64,000 bases of DNA from an uncultured Porphyromonadaceae bacterium (GCA_947176755.1 CAMWRW010000002.1:3773-67772); one strand, 5' to 3'; shown: positions 46,298 to 58,190, counted from the stretch's first letter. Numbers and translations are program-made. The notes: generated from the sequence alone by a model not told the origin.

Positions 46298-48829
46298 TTA
46301 CTTGTAAAGTTCGTCCCACCAACGGGGGTCATCCTGAAGCCATTTTGCGAACCAGGCCATAATCGTGTTCTGCCATATCTGGCGTCGCTCGTAGTCGGAA
46401 ATCACATGGTTTTCATCTTCAACCGTGATCAATTCGACATCGCGTCCCAGAATCCGGAGGGCGTTGAAAAGCTGGATGCTCTCTCCGATTGGAACATTCG
46501 TATCAACTTCTCCGTGAAGAAGAAGAATGGGAGTGTGAATCTTATCGGCGTTGAACAGAGAACCCTGTTCCGTGTAAAGTTTAGGATCGGTCCAGGGATA
46601 GCTTTTTGCGGCTGCAACGGCGTTATAGCTGTAGCCCCAGAATCCCTCGCCCCAGTAACTCGTCACATTCGAGATGCCGGCGTGAGAGACCGCAGCTGCA
46701 AAAATATCTGTCTGCGTCTGAAGATATTGCGTCATGAAGCCTCCGTAGCTGGCTCCGATACATCCGATTTTCTTCCCGTCGACATACGAGTGTGTGTCTC
46801 GGAATTTCTTCACTCCTTCGATTATGTCGTTAGCTGTGCGTCGTCCCCATGCGTTGACATGTCGGGCAGAATATTCCTGCCCGTAGCCTGTTGTTCCGCT
46901 CGGGTTCACAACGTAGACCACATATCCGCGCGAGGCGAACACTTGCGGGGAGTAGAGATGATAGAACGTGGCATTCGAGGGCGAGGTGCCGCCATAGTAG
47001 TAGACAATCAGAGGATATTTCTTTGACGCGTCAAAATCCGGAGGCAGACACTCGTATCCGTCAATTTCAGATCCGTCGGAGGTCGTAAAGGTCCAGGGAC
47101 GCATCTCTCCGAATGTCGTTTCCTCAAGTGTCGGAGCAAGCGGGTTGTCGATAACACGGCTTTTGCCATTTTTGAGATCTGTGATTCCGACAACTCCGTC
47201 GGTCGTGAAAGACCCTCCGACGTATGCCGCGGTCTTATCTTCATTGCTTCCGATATTGAAGCGGTAGATGTAAGGAACCGCTGCTTCCAGTTGCGCGATT
47301 TTTCCTGTGGCGGGGTCAAGCGAATAGAGATTCTGGTAAAATCCGGATTCTCCGAGGAAATAGATTTTTCCATCGCGGGCATTCCAGACGGGCTGCCCCT
47401 TGAGCGCAGGATCGAAGTCGCGGGTCATGGCCCGAGCCGAGCGGGTGGCGATATCGAATATATAACCCTGGCCGTCAAATCCGTTGCCGATTTCATGAGG
47501 GGCGTAGTTCGCTCCGATGCCTCCGAAAGAATCCGGACCTCCTATCACAAAGAGTTTTTTCGCATCGGGAGAATAGATGGCAGCGTTGATGTAGCCCTCC
47601 TCCCCGCGAATAATAGTGTCGGTCTGTAATGTCTTTGTGTCAAGCTCGATTATATCCGTATAGTAAAAGGGATAGCGGTCGGGAGTCTGCGTGGTCGACA
47701 TGTAGAGGAGTTTGTCGCCGTTGCGCGTAAAGTCGAGAAGTCCGGTGCTTAATCCTCCGTGGGTCAGAGGGGTGGAGAGACCGGTCTCAAGGTCATAGCG
47801 CATCAGATATTCGCGGTCTCTATCGCCGGGAATGCGGTCGTCGGGGGTCTTTACACGGTGCATCGGACCGCTTTCTTTCTCCGAGTCCACTGTTTTGGTA
47901 TAGATAATCCACTTTCCGTCGGGACTGAAGGTGAAATCCTTCGTCGGCAGGTCGGAAGCAAGCAGAGTTGTAGTCATCACGGGAATGTCGATCGTGAAGA
48001 GATCATACTTGTTTCCCCGGGCCACGGTGTAGTAGAGTTTGTTCTCTCCGGGCATCCAGCGGCAGTTGCCATTGAGGTCCTGAGCAAGGAGTTTTCCCCC
48101 CGCCGTCTCGTAAACGCGGGTGCGCGTGCGACGGTCGGTAGGGGAGTTCTGTTCTCCGGTCTGGACAAATAGATAACGGCCGTCGTCGGAAAGAAGTGCA
48201 CGATAGGCCCGCTCTCCGGTAAGCGCCGTCACAGGTTGAACTTTTTGCTTGAGATCGGTGGCAGATTCAATTGCTACATCCTTGAATTTCTCAGCCGGAA
48301 GGAATTCAAGCGAGAAGTCGGGTGCTACCGGGTCGCTCTCGGAAGAGAGCACATCGACAGTGATGTCGTAGGCCCGGCTTGGAAGCAACTCGATGCTTGC
48401 CTCGTTATCGGTTGGAAGGGAATCTCCGACACTTTTGCTAATCACCGGCTTACCGTCGATTCTTACCGTGGCGCGTCCTGTAGAGGAAAGCACGAGGCGT
48501 CCCTTGGCGTAGCGGTCGGCTCGGATGCGGGTTGCGAATGTTGTCAAAGTTGCTCCCTTTTCAGCTTTGGCCAGACGGATCCGGCCTGCCGTGTCAGTCT
48601 CGACGACAGCCCATTTTGACAGCGTACTCCTGCCAAGCCGCTTTGATCGGCTGTCAAGAAGAGATTTCACGTCAAAGGAATTTTCCTTATTGACGGAATC
48701 CGGAACGGATGGGAGGGGAATGGAATTTACGGGCGACTGACGGAAGTCGCGCAATGTGAGAGCCGAGGCACCGCCGGCAATCAGTAGTGCCGACGACAGA
48801 CTCAGAATCAATGCCGGGTTGCGACGCAT
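46298..48829 (-). CDS. S9 family serine peptidase (prolyl oligopeptidase / dipeptidyl-peptidase type)
   Basis: 843 aa with a signal peptide and beta-propeller-like N-terminal region. The C-terminal alpha/beta hydrolase domain carries GASYGGFMT (GxSxGG nucleophile elbow) and LLLHGEVDTNVP. Confidence 0.85.
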   Translation of the reverse strand: MRRNPALILSLSSALLIAGGASALTLRDFRQSPVNSIPLPSVPDSVNKENSFDVKSLLDSRSKRLGRSTLSKWAVVETDTAGRIRLAKAEKGATLTTFATRIRADRYAKGRLVLSSTGRATVRIDGKPVISKSVGDSLPTDNEASIELLPSRAYDITVDVLSSESDPVAPDFSLEFLPAEKFKDVAIESATDLKQKVQPVTALTGERAYRALLSDDGRYLFVQTGEQNSPTDRRTRTRVYETAGGKLLAQDLNGNCRWMPGENKLYYTVARGNKYDLFTIDIPVMTTTLLASDLPTKDFTFSPDGKWIIYTKTVDSEKESGPMHRVKTPDDRIPGDRDREYLMRYDLETGLSTPLTHGGLSTGLLDFTRNGDKLLYMSTTQTPDRYPFYYTDIIELDTKTLQTDTIIRGEEGYINAAIYSPDAKKLFVIGGPDSFGGIGANYAPHEIGNGFDGQGYIFDIATRSARAMTRDFDPALKGQPVWNARDGKIYFLGESGFYQNLYSLDPATGKIAQLEAAVPYIYRFNIGSNEDKTAAYVGGSFTTDGVVGITDLKNGKSRVIDNPLAPTLEETTFGEMRPWTFTTSDGSEIDGYECLPPDFDASKKYPLIVYYYGGTSPSNATFYHLYSPQVFASRGYVVYVVNPSGTTGYGQEYSARHVNAWGRRTANDIIEGVKKFRDTHSYVDGKKIGCIGASYGGFMTQYLQTQTDIFAAAVSHAGISNVTSYWGEGFWGYSYNAVAAAKSYPWTDPKLYTEQGSLFNADKIHTPILLLHGEVDTNVPIGESIQLFNALRILGRDVELITVEDENHVISDYERRQIWQNTIMAWFAKWLQDDPRWWDELYK

Positions 48830-48866
48830 GTTAGGTTTGATTTAAGGTAAAGTTATGGGGAGATAA

Positions 48867-49394
48867 TCAATTCGACGGGCGTTCGAAGTTCACAACCTCC
48901 TTCAGCTTGATGCGATAGATTAGATTTGAGAAAGGGGTGATGGAGCCTCGCGTCTGGTTGCCGTAGGCCGACATATATGGGATGATGACTGTGACCGAGT
49001 CGCCAACGTGCATCATTGTCACCGCTGCCCAGAAGCCTACAATGTTGGCGTTTGGAACGGTCTGATACACACTGTCGCCTGACGATGCCGTATATGAATT
49101 CCCCAGGCTTACTCCGTTGATGTTCTCCAGTTCATATTTCGTTTTAATTGTCGAGGTGGAGATCGGCACGAGATTGTTGGCTGTAAGCGACCGATCGTTG
49201 TGCCATTTTATAAAAATCTCGTTCTCCGGGGCCCAGTCGGGAGCAACTCTTTGGTATTCCTCTAAATCTATTTCCGACACATATTTGTCGTTTTCGACGC
49301 GCCATGCATCGTAATCATCCATCTCCCCCTTGATGCAGGAGGAAGCTCCGGCGATAAGCAGAGTTCCTGCTATTATAAGGTTGATTGCTTTCAT
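48867..49394 (-). CDS. Lipoprotein with a divergent FKBP-type PPIase-like C-terminal domain (tentative)
   Basis: 175 aa with lipobox AGASSC. The C-terminal VIIPYMSAYGNQTRGSITPFSNLIYRIKLKEV resembles the FKBP end motif. Confidence 0.5.
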   Translation of the reverse strand: MKAINLIIAGTLLIAGASSCIKGEMDDYDAWRVENDKYVSEIDLEEYQRVAPDWAPENEIFIKWHNDRSLTANNLVPISTSTIKTKYELENINGVSLGNSYTASSGDSVYQTVPNANIVGFWAAVTMMHVGDSVTVIIPYMSAYGNQTRGSITPFSNLIYRIKLKEVVNFERPSN

Positions 49395-49405
49395 TGCGGT
49401 CAGGT

Positions 49406-49996
49406 TCAGAACTTCACTTCAGGAGCTTTCTCCGCGCCGGCTTCGGCTTTGAACTGAGGACGAGGCGTGAAGCCGAACCATCCTGCATAGATTGTTGTCG
49501 GAAATTTCTTGATGGCCGTGTTATATTCGAGCACACTTTCCGTGTAGCGTTTACGTTCGGTTGCTATGCGGTTTTCGGTGCCTTCGAGCTGAGCCTGCAG
49601 ATTCATGAAATTTTCATTGGCTTTCAAGTCCGGATAGGCTTCCGTGACGGCCAACAGAGATTTGAGCGCCGAGGAAAGCTCGTTTTGTGCTTCCTGAAAG
49701 CGCGCCATATTCTCTTCTGTGAGATCATCGGCGTTAAGTGTGATAGAGGTGGCTTTCGCACGGGCCTCGGTCACTTTCACCAACGTTTCCTCCTCATGCG
49801 TCGAATAGCCCTTGACGGTGTTCACGAGGTTGGGAATCAGGTCGGCACGGCGCTGGTATTGGTTTTCTACCAATGCCCAGGCCTGATCGACATTCTGCTG
49901 TTTCTCCACAAGGGAGTTATAATTGCAGGAGCTGAGCGTTGACATCGCTGTCAACGCCACAAGCATCCCTATGAGGTTTTTGAATATTCGTTTCAT
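49406..49996 (-). CDS. LemA family protein
   Basis: 196 aa. VDQAWALVENQYQRRADLIPNLVNTVKGYSTHEEETL is the LemA pattern. Confidence 0.85.
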   Translation of the reverse strand: MKRIFKNLIGMLVALTAMSTLSSCNYNSLVEKQQNVDQAWALVENQYQRRADLIPNLVNTVKGYSTHEEETLVKVTEARAKATSITLNADDLTEENMARFQEAQNELSSALKSLLAVTEAYPDLKANENFMNLQAQLEGTENRIATERKRYTESVLEYNTAIKKFPTTIYAGWFGFTPRPQFKAEAGAEKAPEVKF

Positions 49997-49998
49997 CG

Positions 49999-51543
49999 TT
50001 AAAGAAGTTTGCGGAGTAATGAATTGAGGCTTACTTCGTCGGAGAGTATTTCCTCGAGACGGTCGACGTCAACGCGTTGCTGTTCCATGGAGTCGCGATG
50101 GCGAAGTGTGACCGTGTTGTCCTCAAGCGTCTGGTGGTCAACGGTGATGCAGAAGGGCGTGCCGATAGCATCCTGACGACGGTAGCGCTTTCCGATCGAG
50201 TCTTTCTCATCGTAGTTGCAGGTGAAATCGAAGCGGAGACGGTGCTGGATTTCACGTGCCTTCTCGGGAAGTCCATCTTTTTTGACAAGTGGAAGAACGG
50301 CACATTTCACGGGGGCGATTGCCGGCGGGAAGTGAAGCACGACACGTGAGTCACCCTCTCCGAGGTCCTGCTGTTCGTAGCAGCTGCAGAATACGCTAAG
50401 GAACATCCGGTCAACGCCAATCGAGGTCTCGATCACGTATGGCACATAGCTTTCATTCAGCTCCGGATCGAAATATTGAATCTTCTTACCCGAGAATTTT
50501 TCATGCTGTGAGAGGTCAAAATTTGTTCGGGAATGGATACCCTCGACTTCCTTGAAACCAAACGGCATCTCAAATTCAATATCTGTGGCAGCGTTGGCGT
50601 AGTGAGCCAGCTTTTCATGATCGTGGAAGCGATATTTGCTGTCGCCGAGTCCGAGGGCCTTATGCCAGCGGAGACGGGTTTGACGCCAGTGGTCGAACCA
50701 TTTTAGTTCCTCTCCGGGACGAACGAAGAACTGCATCTCCATCTGTTCGAACTCACGCATGCGGAAAATGAACTGGCGGGCCACAATCTCGTTGCGGAAT
50801 GCCTTGCCTATCTGGGCGATTCCGAAGGGAAGACGCATGCGGCCCGTTTTCTGTACGTTCAGATAGTTGACGAAAATTCCCTGAGCGGTTTCCGGGCGGA
50901 GATAGACGTCCATTGCGCCGTCGGCCGTCGATCCCATCTCGGTCTTGAACATAAGATTGAACTGGCGGACATCCGTCCAGTTGCGTGTCCCGGAGATCGG
51001 ACAGGCTATTTCGCAATCAATGATTATCTGTTTGAGTTCCGCAAGGTCGTTGGCATTCATGGCCTCGGAGAACCTTGTGTGAAGCGCATCGCGTTTGGCC
51101 TGATGCTCAAGAACGCGGGGATTTGTCTTGCGGAACATTTCCTCATCGAAACTCTCTCCAAAACGCTTGGCGGCTTTCGCCACTTCCTTATTGATTTTCT
51201 CATCGAACTTGGCAATCTCATCCTCAATCAGGACGTCGGCGCGATAGCGTTTCTTTGAATCCTTATTGTCGATCAGAGGGTCATTGAAGGCGTCGACATG
51301 GCCGGAGGCCTTCCATATCGTGGGGTGCATGAAGATGGCTGAGTCTATGCCGACGATATTGTCGTTCAGCATTGTCATCGCCTCCCACCAGTAGCGCTTG
51401 ATGTTGTTCTTGAGCTCAACGCCGTTCTGGCCATAATCATACACTGCGGAGAGTCCGTCGTAGATCTCGCTTGACTGAAACACGAACCCATACTCCTTGG
51501 CATGGGCTATGATGGTTTTGAAAACGTCTTCCTGTTTTGCCAT
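49999..51543 (-). CDS. glyQS: Glycine--tRNA ligase (homodimeric class II type)
   Basis: 514 aa. YLRPETAQGIFVNY, FGIAQIGKAFRNEI and SIGVDR motifs. Confidence 0.95.
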   Translation of the reverse strand: MAKQEDVFKTIIAHAKEYGFVFQSSEIYDGLSAVYDYGQNGVELKNNIKRYWWEAMTMLNDNIVGIDSAIFMHPTIWKASGHVDAFNDPLIDNKDSKKRYRADVLIEDEIAKFDEKINKEVAKAAKRFGESFDEEMFRKTNPRVLEHQAKRDALHTRFSEAMNANDLAELKQIIIDCEIACPISGTRNWTDVRQFNLMFKTEMGSTADGAMDVYLRPETAQGIFVNYLNVQKTGRMRLPFGIAQIGKAFRNEIVARQFIFRMREFEQMEMQFFVRPGEELKWFDHWRQTRLRWHKALGLGDSKYRFHDHEKLAHYANAATDIEFEMPFGFKEVEGIHSRTNFDLSQHEKFSGKKIQYFDPELNESYVPYVIETSIGVDRMFLSVFCSCYEQQDLGEGDSRVVLHFPPAIAPVKCAVLPLVKKDGLPEKAREIQHRLRFDFTCNYDEKDSIGKRYRRQDAIGTPFCITVDHQTLEDNTVTLRHRDSMEQQRVDVDRLEEILSDEVSLNSLLRKLL

Positions 51544-51628
51544 TGTCGTAATTATTTCTTTCTCCAGCTGACTCGCCTGCCTTTACCGTGCAGTCTAAGT
51601 GTCGGGAGGTATTGCACTGTTTAATTGG

Positions 51629-51660
51629 CAAATTTACGAAAAAAATCGCGGATTTTCAAA
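51629..51660 (-). promoter_or_regulatory. Consensus promoter TTTG-N20-TAAATTTG for glyQS
   Basis: The reverse complement of 51629-51636 is TAAATTTG and of 51657-51660 is TTTG, with a 20 nt spacer. The leader is about 80 nt. Confidence 0.55.
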
Positions 51661-51669
51661 ATCCACGAT
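51639..51669 (-). terminator. Intrinsic terminator of the Gly/Pro-rich protein gene
   Basis: On the minus strand, ATCGTGGAT...ATCCGCGAT forms a stem with one mismatch and is followed by TTTTTTT. It is interleaved with the glyQS promoter. Confidence 0.55.
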
Positions 51670-51735
51670 TTTCTCCGGTTTATTCTATATTTCCCCGACT
51701 TTTGAGAATATTTCCTCAAAGACGAGTCTGTCGGT

Positions 51736-52281
51736 TTATAGGTTAAAGTAGTAGGTGCCGGTTGAAAGCACGGTGTAGAAATTGAAGGTTTGACCGCGAA
51801 GATAATAGGATGTGTTGTAGGCCGGCTGATCCACTCCCTGATTCCATGTATCGGTCCAGGGATTCCAGGCGTTGATCACCGTGACATTATACTGGACGCC
51901 GTTGTATTGATAGTTTACAAGAAGCGGCAGAACGCGCCACACACCTTGTGCATCATATCCACAGGCAATCACCTTCATTGTCCCCTGGTTGGTCGGAACC
52001 GGATTGTTGATTATCGGAGCCACACTCCCCCAGGGATTACCCCACACAGGGGGTGGAGAGGCGGGACCCGGGTTCCAGCCGATTCCATTCGGAGGAAGAC
52101 TTCCCGCTCCGGGAGGAGGCGCGGATTGCATTCCGCCCCCGAATCCTCCGCCGGGACCTTGGCCCGCTCCGGGAGGGGGGGCCGATTGTGCCGAAAGCAC
52201 AGCCGGGAGCAACAACACTGTGCTCAATGTCATAATGCTGCGCATCACTTTCCCGATTCTGCGAATCACCTTCTCTTTCAT
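51736..52281 (-). CDS. Secreted hypothetical protein with a Gly/Pro-rich repeat region and an aromatic/Asn-rich C-terminal domain
   Basis: 181 aa with signal peptide ...LLLPAVLSA and two copies of QSAPPPGAG. The C-terminal domain is rich in W/Y/N. The ATG at 52245 is an alternative start. Confidence 0.6.
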   Translation of the reverse strand: MKEKVIRRIGKVMRSIMTLSTVLLLPAVLSAQSAPPPGAGQGPGGGFGGGMQSAPPPGAGSLPPNGIGWNPGPASPPPVWGNPWGSVAPIINNPVPTNQGTMKVIACGYDAQGVWRVLPLLVNYQYNGVQYNVTVINAWNPWTDTWNQGVDQPAYNTSYYLRGQTFNFYTVLSTGTYYFNL

Positions 52282-52337
52282 AATCTTTCGTTTTAAATTC
52301 TTATCTTCCTTTTAAACGTCAGATTATGCTCCAAGGT

Positions 52338-53345
52338 TTATTTGGAATGGGCGAGCATGTAGAGAGCAATCTGAACTGCATTCAGAGCCGCTCCTTTCTT
52401 TATCTGGTCGGCGACTACCCAGAATGTCAATCCGTTGTCGTCAGCGAGATCTTTTCTCAGACGCCCTACGAACACAGGGTCCATGCCCGCCGCGTCGAGA
52501 GGCATTGGATATATTTCCTTACCATCGCGCTCCTCTACATAGACGATTCCCGGCGCCGACAGAAAGGCTTCGCGAGCCTCTTCGACCGACACGCTGCGTT
52601 CTGTCTCCACCCAGACTGCCTCGCTATGGGCTCGCATCACGGGCACACGCACACACGTTGCCGACACACGCACATCGGAGTGCATAATCTTGCGCGTCTC
52701 GTGGTACATCTTCATTTCCTCTTTCGTATAGTCATTCTCCATGAAGATATCGACATGGGGAATAACGTTGAAAGCAAGCTGATGGGCAAACTTCTCGACT
52801 TTCGCGGTCTCTCCCCGGCTGATGGCCTCCGTCTGGAGGCGCAATTCTTCCATGCCGGATTGGCCTGCGCCGCTGGCCGCTTGGTAAGTGGCCACATGGA
52901 CACGCCGGATATGCGATAAGTTTTCTATCGCTTTAAGGGCGACGACCATTTGAATTGTCGTGCAGTTGGGATTGCCGATTATGTTGCGCGGATGATTGAA
53001 TGCATCTTCTCCGTTTACTTCCGGCACAACCAGAGGAACATCGGGATCCATCCTGAAAGCGGAACTATTATCGATCATCAGTGTGCCGTGGCGAGTGATG
53101 ACATCTGCATATTCCTTCGACACGGATGCGCCCGCAGAAGTGAAAGCGATATCAACGCCGCTGAAATCTGATTCCCGTGTCAGCTCCTCTATCTTATACT
53201 CTTTTCCCCGGAAAAGGCGGGTCGACCCGGCGGAGCGGGCCGACCCGAAGAGCCGGAGATTGTCGACAGGAAAGTTCTGCTCTTCGAGCACTCGCAGAAA
53301 CTCGCTGCCTACGGCGCCGCTGGCGCCTACAATCGCTATGTTCAT
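52338..53345 (-). CDS. asd: Aspartate-semialdehyde dehydrogenase
   Basis: 335 aa. [13 protein letters not shown] (NAD(P) fold) and [12 protein letters not shown] (active-site Cys). Confidence 0.95.
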   Translation of the reverse strand: MNIAIVGASGAVGSEFLRVLEEQNFPVDNLRLFGSARSAGSTRLFRGKEYKIEELTRESDFSGVDIAFTSAGASVSKEYADVITRHGTLMIDNSSAFRMDPDVPLVVPEVNGEDAFNHPRNIIGNPNCTTIQMVVALKAIENLSHIRRVHVATYQAASGAGQSGMEELRLQTEAISRGETAKVEKFAHQLAFNVIPHVDIFMENDYTKEEMKMYHETRKIMHSDVRVSATCVRVPVMRAHSEAVWVETERSVSVEEAREAFLSAPGIVYVEERDGKEIYPMPLDAAGMDPVFVGRLRKDLADDNGLTFWVVADQIKKGAALNAVQIALYMLAHSK

Positions 53346-53364
53346 TCTTTTATTGAAGTTTGGA

Positions 53365-54243
53365 TTACTGACGACCGGATGTTGCCACTCCCGGGGCGAT
53401 CTTCTTCACGAGGCCCTGAAGCACGCTGCCGGGGCCAAGCTCTATGAATTCTGTCGCGCCGTCGGCAACCATCGCCTGCACGTCCTGAGTCCAGCGCACG
53501 GGTGCCGTGAGCTGCTTGATAAGATTTTCCTTGATTTCAACAGGATTCGTGTGAGGACGGCCATCTACATTCTGATAAATAGGGCATACGGGCTCGGTGA
53601 ATTCTGCCGCTGCGATTGCTTCGGCAAGTTCCTCCTGGGCAGGCTGCATGAGCGGGCTGTGGAATGCTCCGCCGACTTTTAGTCGGAGGGCACGTTTCGC
53701 TCCGGCTGCTTTCATCTTTTCGCAGGCAGCGTCGACACCCTCGATTGTGCCGGAGATCACGACCTGGCCCGGACAGTTATAGTTGGCCGGAGCGACTACA
53801 TCGTCAACCTCTGCGCAGAGTTCTTCCACTTTCTCGTCGGGGAGTGCCAGTACGGCTGCCATTGTCGAAGGGCGTGCCTCGCATGCTTTCTGCATCGCCA
53901 TCGCACGCTTTGCAACAAGCTTGAGTCCCTCTTCGAAGCTCAGCGCGCCTGCAGCAACAAGTGCCGAGAATTCTCCAAGGCTGTGGCCCGCTACCATATC
54001 AGGACGGAACTCTTCTCCAAGCGATTTGGCGAGAATAACGCTATGAAGGAAGATGGCCGGTTGTGTCACCTTGGTCTGCTTCAGATCCTCTTCTGTCCCT
54101 TCGAACATAAGGTCGGTGATGCGGAATCCTAAAATCTCGTTTGCTTTCTCAAAAAGGGCTTTTGCTTCAGGGTTTGAATCGTAAAGGTCTTTGCCCATTC
54201 CTACGAACTGGGCGCCTTGACCGGGAAAAACGTAAGCTTTCAT
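53365..54243 (-). CDS. fabD: ACP S-malonyltransferase
   Basis: Track ORF 53365..54348, trimmed to [17 protein letters not shown]. Contains [10 protein letters not shown] (active-site Ser). A TAATTTTG box at 54319-54326 falls inside the longer ORF call. Confidence 0.92.
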   Translation of the reverse strand: MKAYVFPGQGAQFVGMGKDLYDSNPEAKALFEKANEILGFRITDLMFEGTEEDLKQTKVTQPAIFLHSVILAKSLGEEFRPDMVAGHSLGEFSALVAAGALSFEEGLKLVAKRAMAMQKACEARPSTMAAVLALPDEKVEELCAEVDDVVAPANYNCPGQVVISGTIEGVDAACEKMKAAGAKRALRLKVGGAFHSPLMQPAQEELAEAIAAAEFTEPVCPIYQNVDGRPHTNPVEIKENLIKQLTAPVRWTQDVQAMVADGATEFIELGPGSVLQGLVKKIAPGVATSGRQ

Positions 54244-54318
54244 ATCAATCTGTTTGTGACGGATGGGGTATATCCTTGCCCGTGGCATTTGTTGGAATTC
54301 CTCCGCCGGTTTGGTCTG

Positions 54319-54326
54319 CAAAATTA
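54319..54326 (-). promoter_or_regulatory. -7 box TAATTTTG for fabD-asd
   Basis: The reverse complement of 54319-54326 is TAATTTTG, 75 nt upstream of the fabD ATG at 54243. Confidence 0.45.
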
Positions 54327-54405
54327 CGGAAAAATTTCCTAATTTCATAATCTGTAAATATATCAGATTTTAATCCGTAAAATTGTGCTTCAATCAGGCT
54401 TCAGA

Positions 54406-54439
54406 AAGGGGAATGCCCGCAGTCGCGGGCATTCCCCTT
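54406..54439 (-). terminator. Terminator hairpin after the OPT transporter gene
   Basis: AAGGGGAATGCCCGC-AGTC-GCGGGCATTCCCCTT forms a 15 bp stem. The downstream T tract on the minus strand is weak. Confidence 0.55.
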
Positions 54440-54486
54440 GTAGGATAAGATTCCGTATTTTCAGACTCTTTTAATTCCGGATTCCA

Positions 54487-56457
54487 TTATTTCGCTCTCC
54501 GGGAATCCCAGATAAGATAACAGATAAGTAGCGCATAGGCCACGCAACCAAGAATCTGAGTCAACTCGTATGACCCCGGCGTTGTGTATTCAAAGCCTGC
54601 GAAGCGAGTGATGGCTGCAAAAACTCCGAAGAGGGCGCCACCGGCAATCAGACCCGAACTGATCAGCGTTCCGCGGTCTCGGCGTGCGTCGTTAACCTTG
54701 CTGTCATCCGAACTGTTGGATACGAAATAGGACACTGCCCCTCCGACAAGCATCGGGGTGTTGAGCGACAGGGGAATGAACATGCCCAGACAGAAAGCGA
54801 GGGCCGGAACTCCGAGCCAATTAAGGATAAGGGCCAGAATGGCTCCGACCATATAGAGAATCCAGGGGGTGTCGCCTCCCATCATCAGAGGTTCGATCAC
54901 TTTCGCCATTGCATTGGCCTGCGGGGCTACCAGTGCATTGTCTCCCGTGAATCCATACACTTTATTAAGCACGATGATCACGCCGCCTACTGTGGCTGCC
55001 GATACAAGCGTGCCAAGGAATTTCCATGTCTCCTGTTTTTTGGGCGTAGAGCCGAGCCAATATCCAATCTTGAGGTCGGTTACAAAGCCGCCGGCCATAG
55101 AGAGGGCCGTGCAGACCACACCTCCGATCACCATCGATGCCACGATTCCGGATGTTCCCTTCAGTCCGATGCCAACGAAGATTGCTGAAGCAATGATAAG
55201 CGTCATCAGAGTCATTCCTGACACGGGATTTGAGCCCACAATCGCGATTGCGTTGGCTGCCACCGTCGTGAACAGGAAGGCGATAAGTGTCACAACGAGC
55301 CATGCAACAAGTGCCTGCCAGAAGGTGTGAATAACTCCGAACCAGAAGAAGAAAAGGACGGCCACAAGCGCAATCGCAATGAAGAACACAACTTTCTTCA
55401 TCGAAAGGTCCATCTGCCAACGAACTTCTTTTGCTCCCGTCTGGGCCCCTTTCAATTCGCGCCCGGCAAGACCGACTGCGTTGCGTATGATTGGCCACGA
55501 CTTTACAATGCCAATCACACCCGCCATTGCGATGCCTCCGATACCGATCATGCGCGCATAATCTTTGAAAATCATGTCCGACGACATGGCCTGAAACTCC
55601 GGCGATCCGTAGGTGCCGAGAAGGGGAATGATGATCCACCACACGAATATTGAACCGGCAAAGATCACGAATGCATATTTCAATCCGACGATGTATCCGA
55701 GGCCAAGCAATGCGGCTCCCGTGTTGCAGCTCAATACGAGCTTGGTCTTTTCTGCAATGGTCTGACCCCAGGAGGAGGCTGTCGATGTCACGGTCTCAGC
55801 CCACCAGCCGAACGTGGCCACGATGTAATCGTAGATACCTCCGATAAGCGACGCTATAACAAGCGTTTTTGCCTGACCTCCTTCTCCGGTTGCCTCGCTC
55901 TGCTGGGCCGATACGAGCACCTGCGTGGTGGCAGTCGCCTCAGGGAACGGGTATTTTCCGTGCATATCCTTCACGAAATATTTCCGGAAGGGAATGAAGA
56001 ACAATATTCCCAGTATGCCGCCGAGCAGCGAACTCAGGAAAATCTGATAGAAGTCGACAACAATGTCGGGATATGTGCCCTGAAGGATGTATAGTGCCGG
56101 AAGCGTGAAGATTGCTCCGGCAACGATTACTCCCGAACAGGAGCCTATCGACTGGATTATCACATTCTGGCCGAGAGAGTTCTTTTTCTTCAGCGCATTC
56201 GACAGTCCGACGGCGATGATGGCAATTGGAATTGCCGCCTCAAACACCTGACCAACTTTCAGTCCGAGGTAAGCCGCGGCTGCCGAGAAGATGATGGCCA
56301 TGAGAAGTCCCATGCCCACACTATAAGGCGTAATTTCTTGCTGATCATGCGCCGGATGCATCACGGGCACATATTGCTCGTCGGCCGCAAGTTCGCGAAA
56401 CGCGTTTTCCGGCAGACCGGTATCCGTGGTGTAGACCGTGTCTTTTTCTTCTTTCAT
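54487..56457 (-). CDS. OPT family oligopeptide transporter
   Basis: 656 aa polytopic membrane protein. Its size and glycine-rich TM pattern are typical of bacterial OPT transporters. Confidence 0.75.
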   Translation of the reverse strand: MKEEKDTVYTTDTGLPENAFRELAADEQYVPVMHPAHDQQEITPYSVGMGLLMAIIFSAAAAYLGLKVGQVFEAAIPIAIIAVGLSNALKKKNSLGQNVIIQSIGSCSGVIVAGAIFTLPALYILQGTYPDIVVDFYQIFLSSLLGGILGILFFIPFRKYFVKDMHGKYPFPEATATTQVLVSAQQSEATGEGGQAKTLVIASLIGGIYDYIVATFGWWAETVTSTASSWGQTIAEKTKLVLSCNTGAALLGLGYIVGLKYAFVIFAGSIFVWWIIIPLLGTYGSPEFQAMSSDMIFKDYARMIGIGGIAMAGVIGIVKSWPIIRNAVGLAGRELKGAQTGAKEVRWQMDLSMKKVVFFIAIALVAVLFFFWFGVIHTFWQALVAWLVVTLIAFLFTTVAANAIAIVGSNPVSGMTLMTLIIASAIFVGIGLKGTSGIVASMVIGGVVCTALSMAGGFVTDLKIGYWLGSTPKKQETWKFLGTLVSAATVGGVIIVLNKVYGFTGDNALVAPQANAMAKVIEPLMMGGDTPWILYMVGAILALILNWLGVPALAFCLGMFIPLSLNTPMLVGGAVSYFVSNSSDDSKVNDARRDRGTLISSGLIAGGALFGVFAAITRFAGFEYTTPGSYELTQILGCVAYALLICYLIWDSRRAK

Positions 56458-56502
56458 TTGTTAGGTTGTTTATAGTGGATATTTTTTTATCAACAGTTTC
56501 GG

Positions 56503-56510
56503 CAAATTTA
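56503..56510 (-). promoter_or_regulatory. -7 box TAAATTTG for the OPT transporter gene
   Basis: The reverse complement of 56503-56510 is TAAATTTG, 45 nt upstream of the ATG at 56457. Confidence 0.45.
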
Positions 56511-56694
56511 CAAAAAATTCCTTAAGTCAGAAAGACTCCCTTAATTTTTTATCCTCATTTGAACTTGGAATACATAAGATTTTGACTCCTATTGATTTAT
56601 AATCTGTGGAGGTTGAATTTTTTCTTGCCTGCTCGTCCTTCATTGGGGATTTCCGATTTCTTGCGGGGGCCTTTTCGTTGTTTTCGGGCGTGTC

Positions 56695-56733
56695 TATAAA
56701 TAAAACGTCGGATATCATTGATATCCGACGTTT
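56695..56733 (-). terminator. Intrinsic terminator of eno
   Basis: AACGTCGGATATC-ATT-GATATCCGACGTT forms a 13 bp stem. On the minus strand it is followed by TTTTATTTAT. Confidence 0.8.
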
Positions 56734-56777
56734 CGTAATGCCTTGCGGCTTTGAATTGTCGCTTAAGAATTTGCTTC

Positions 56778-58106
<1,329 letters not shown>

Positions 58107-58182
58107 TTATCTTGGGTCTGTTTTTCTATCACTGCCCGAGCATCTTTTGGCTCTGTTCGCCTTTTCTCTCGGTTTGATATTG

Positions 58183-58190
58183 CAAAATTA
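58183..58190 (-). promoter_or_regulatory. -7 box TAATTTTG for eno
   Basis: The reverse complement of 58183-58190 is TAATTTTG, about 100 nt upstream of the eno ATG. Confidence 0.4.

Noticed and set aside
56527-56718. 63 aa minus-strand ORF in the 320 bp gap between the OPT transporter and eno.
   Set aside because: Its start lies inside the eno terminator hairpin. It has biased Lys/Asn/Ser composition and no promoter box. It is most likely a chance ORF in AT-rich spacer.
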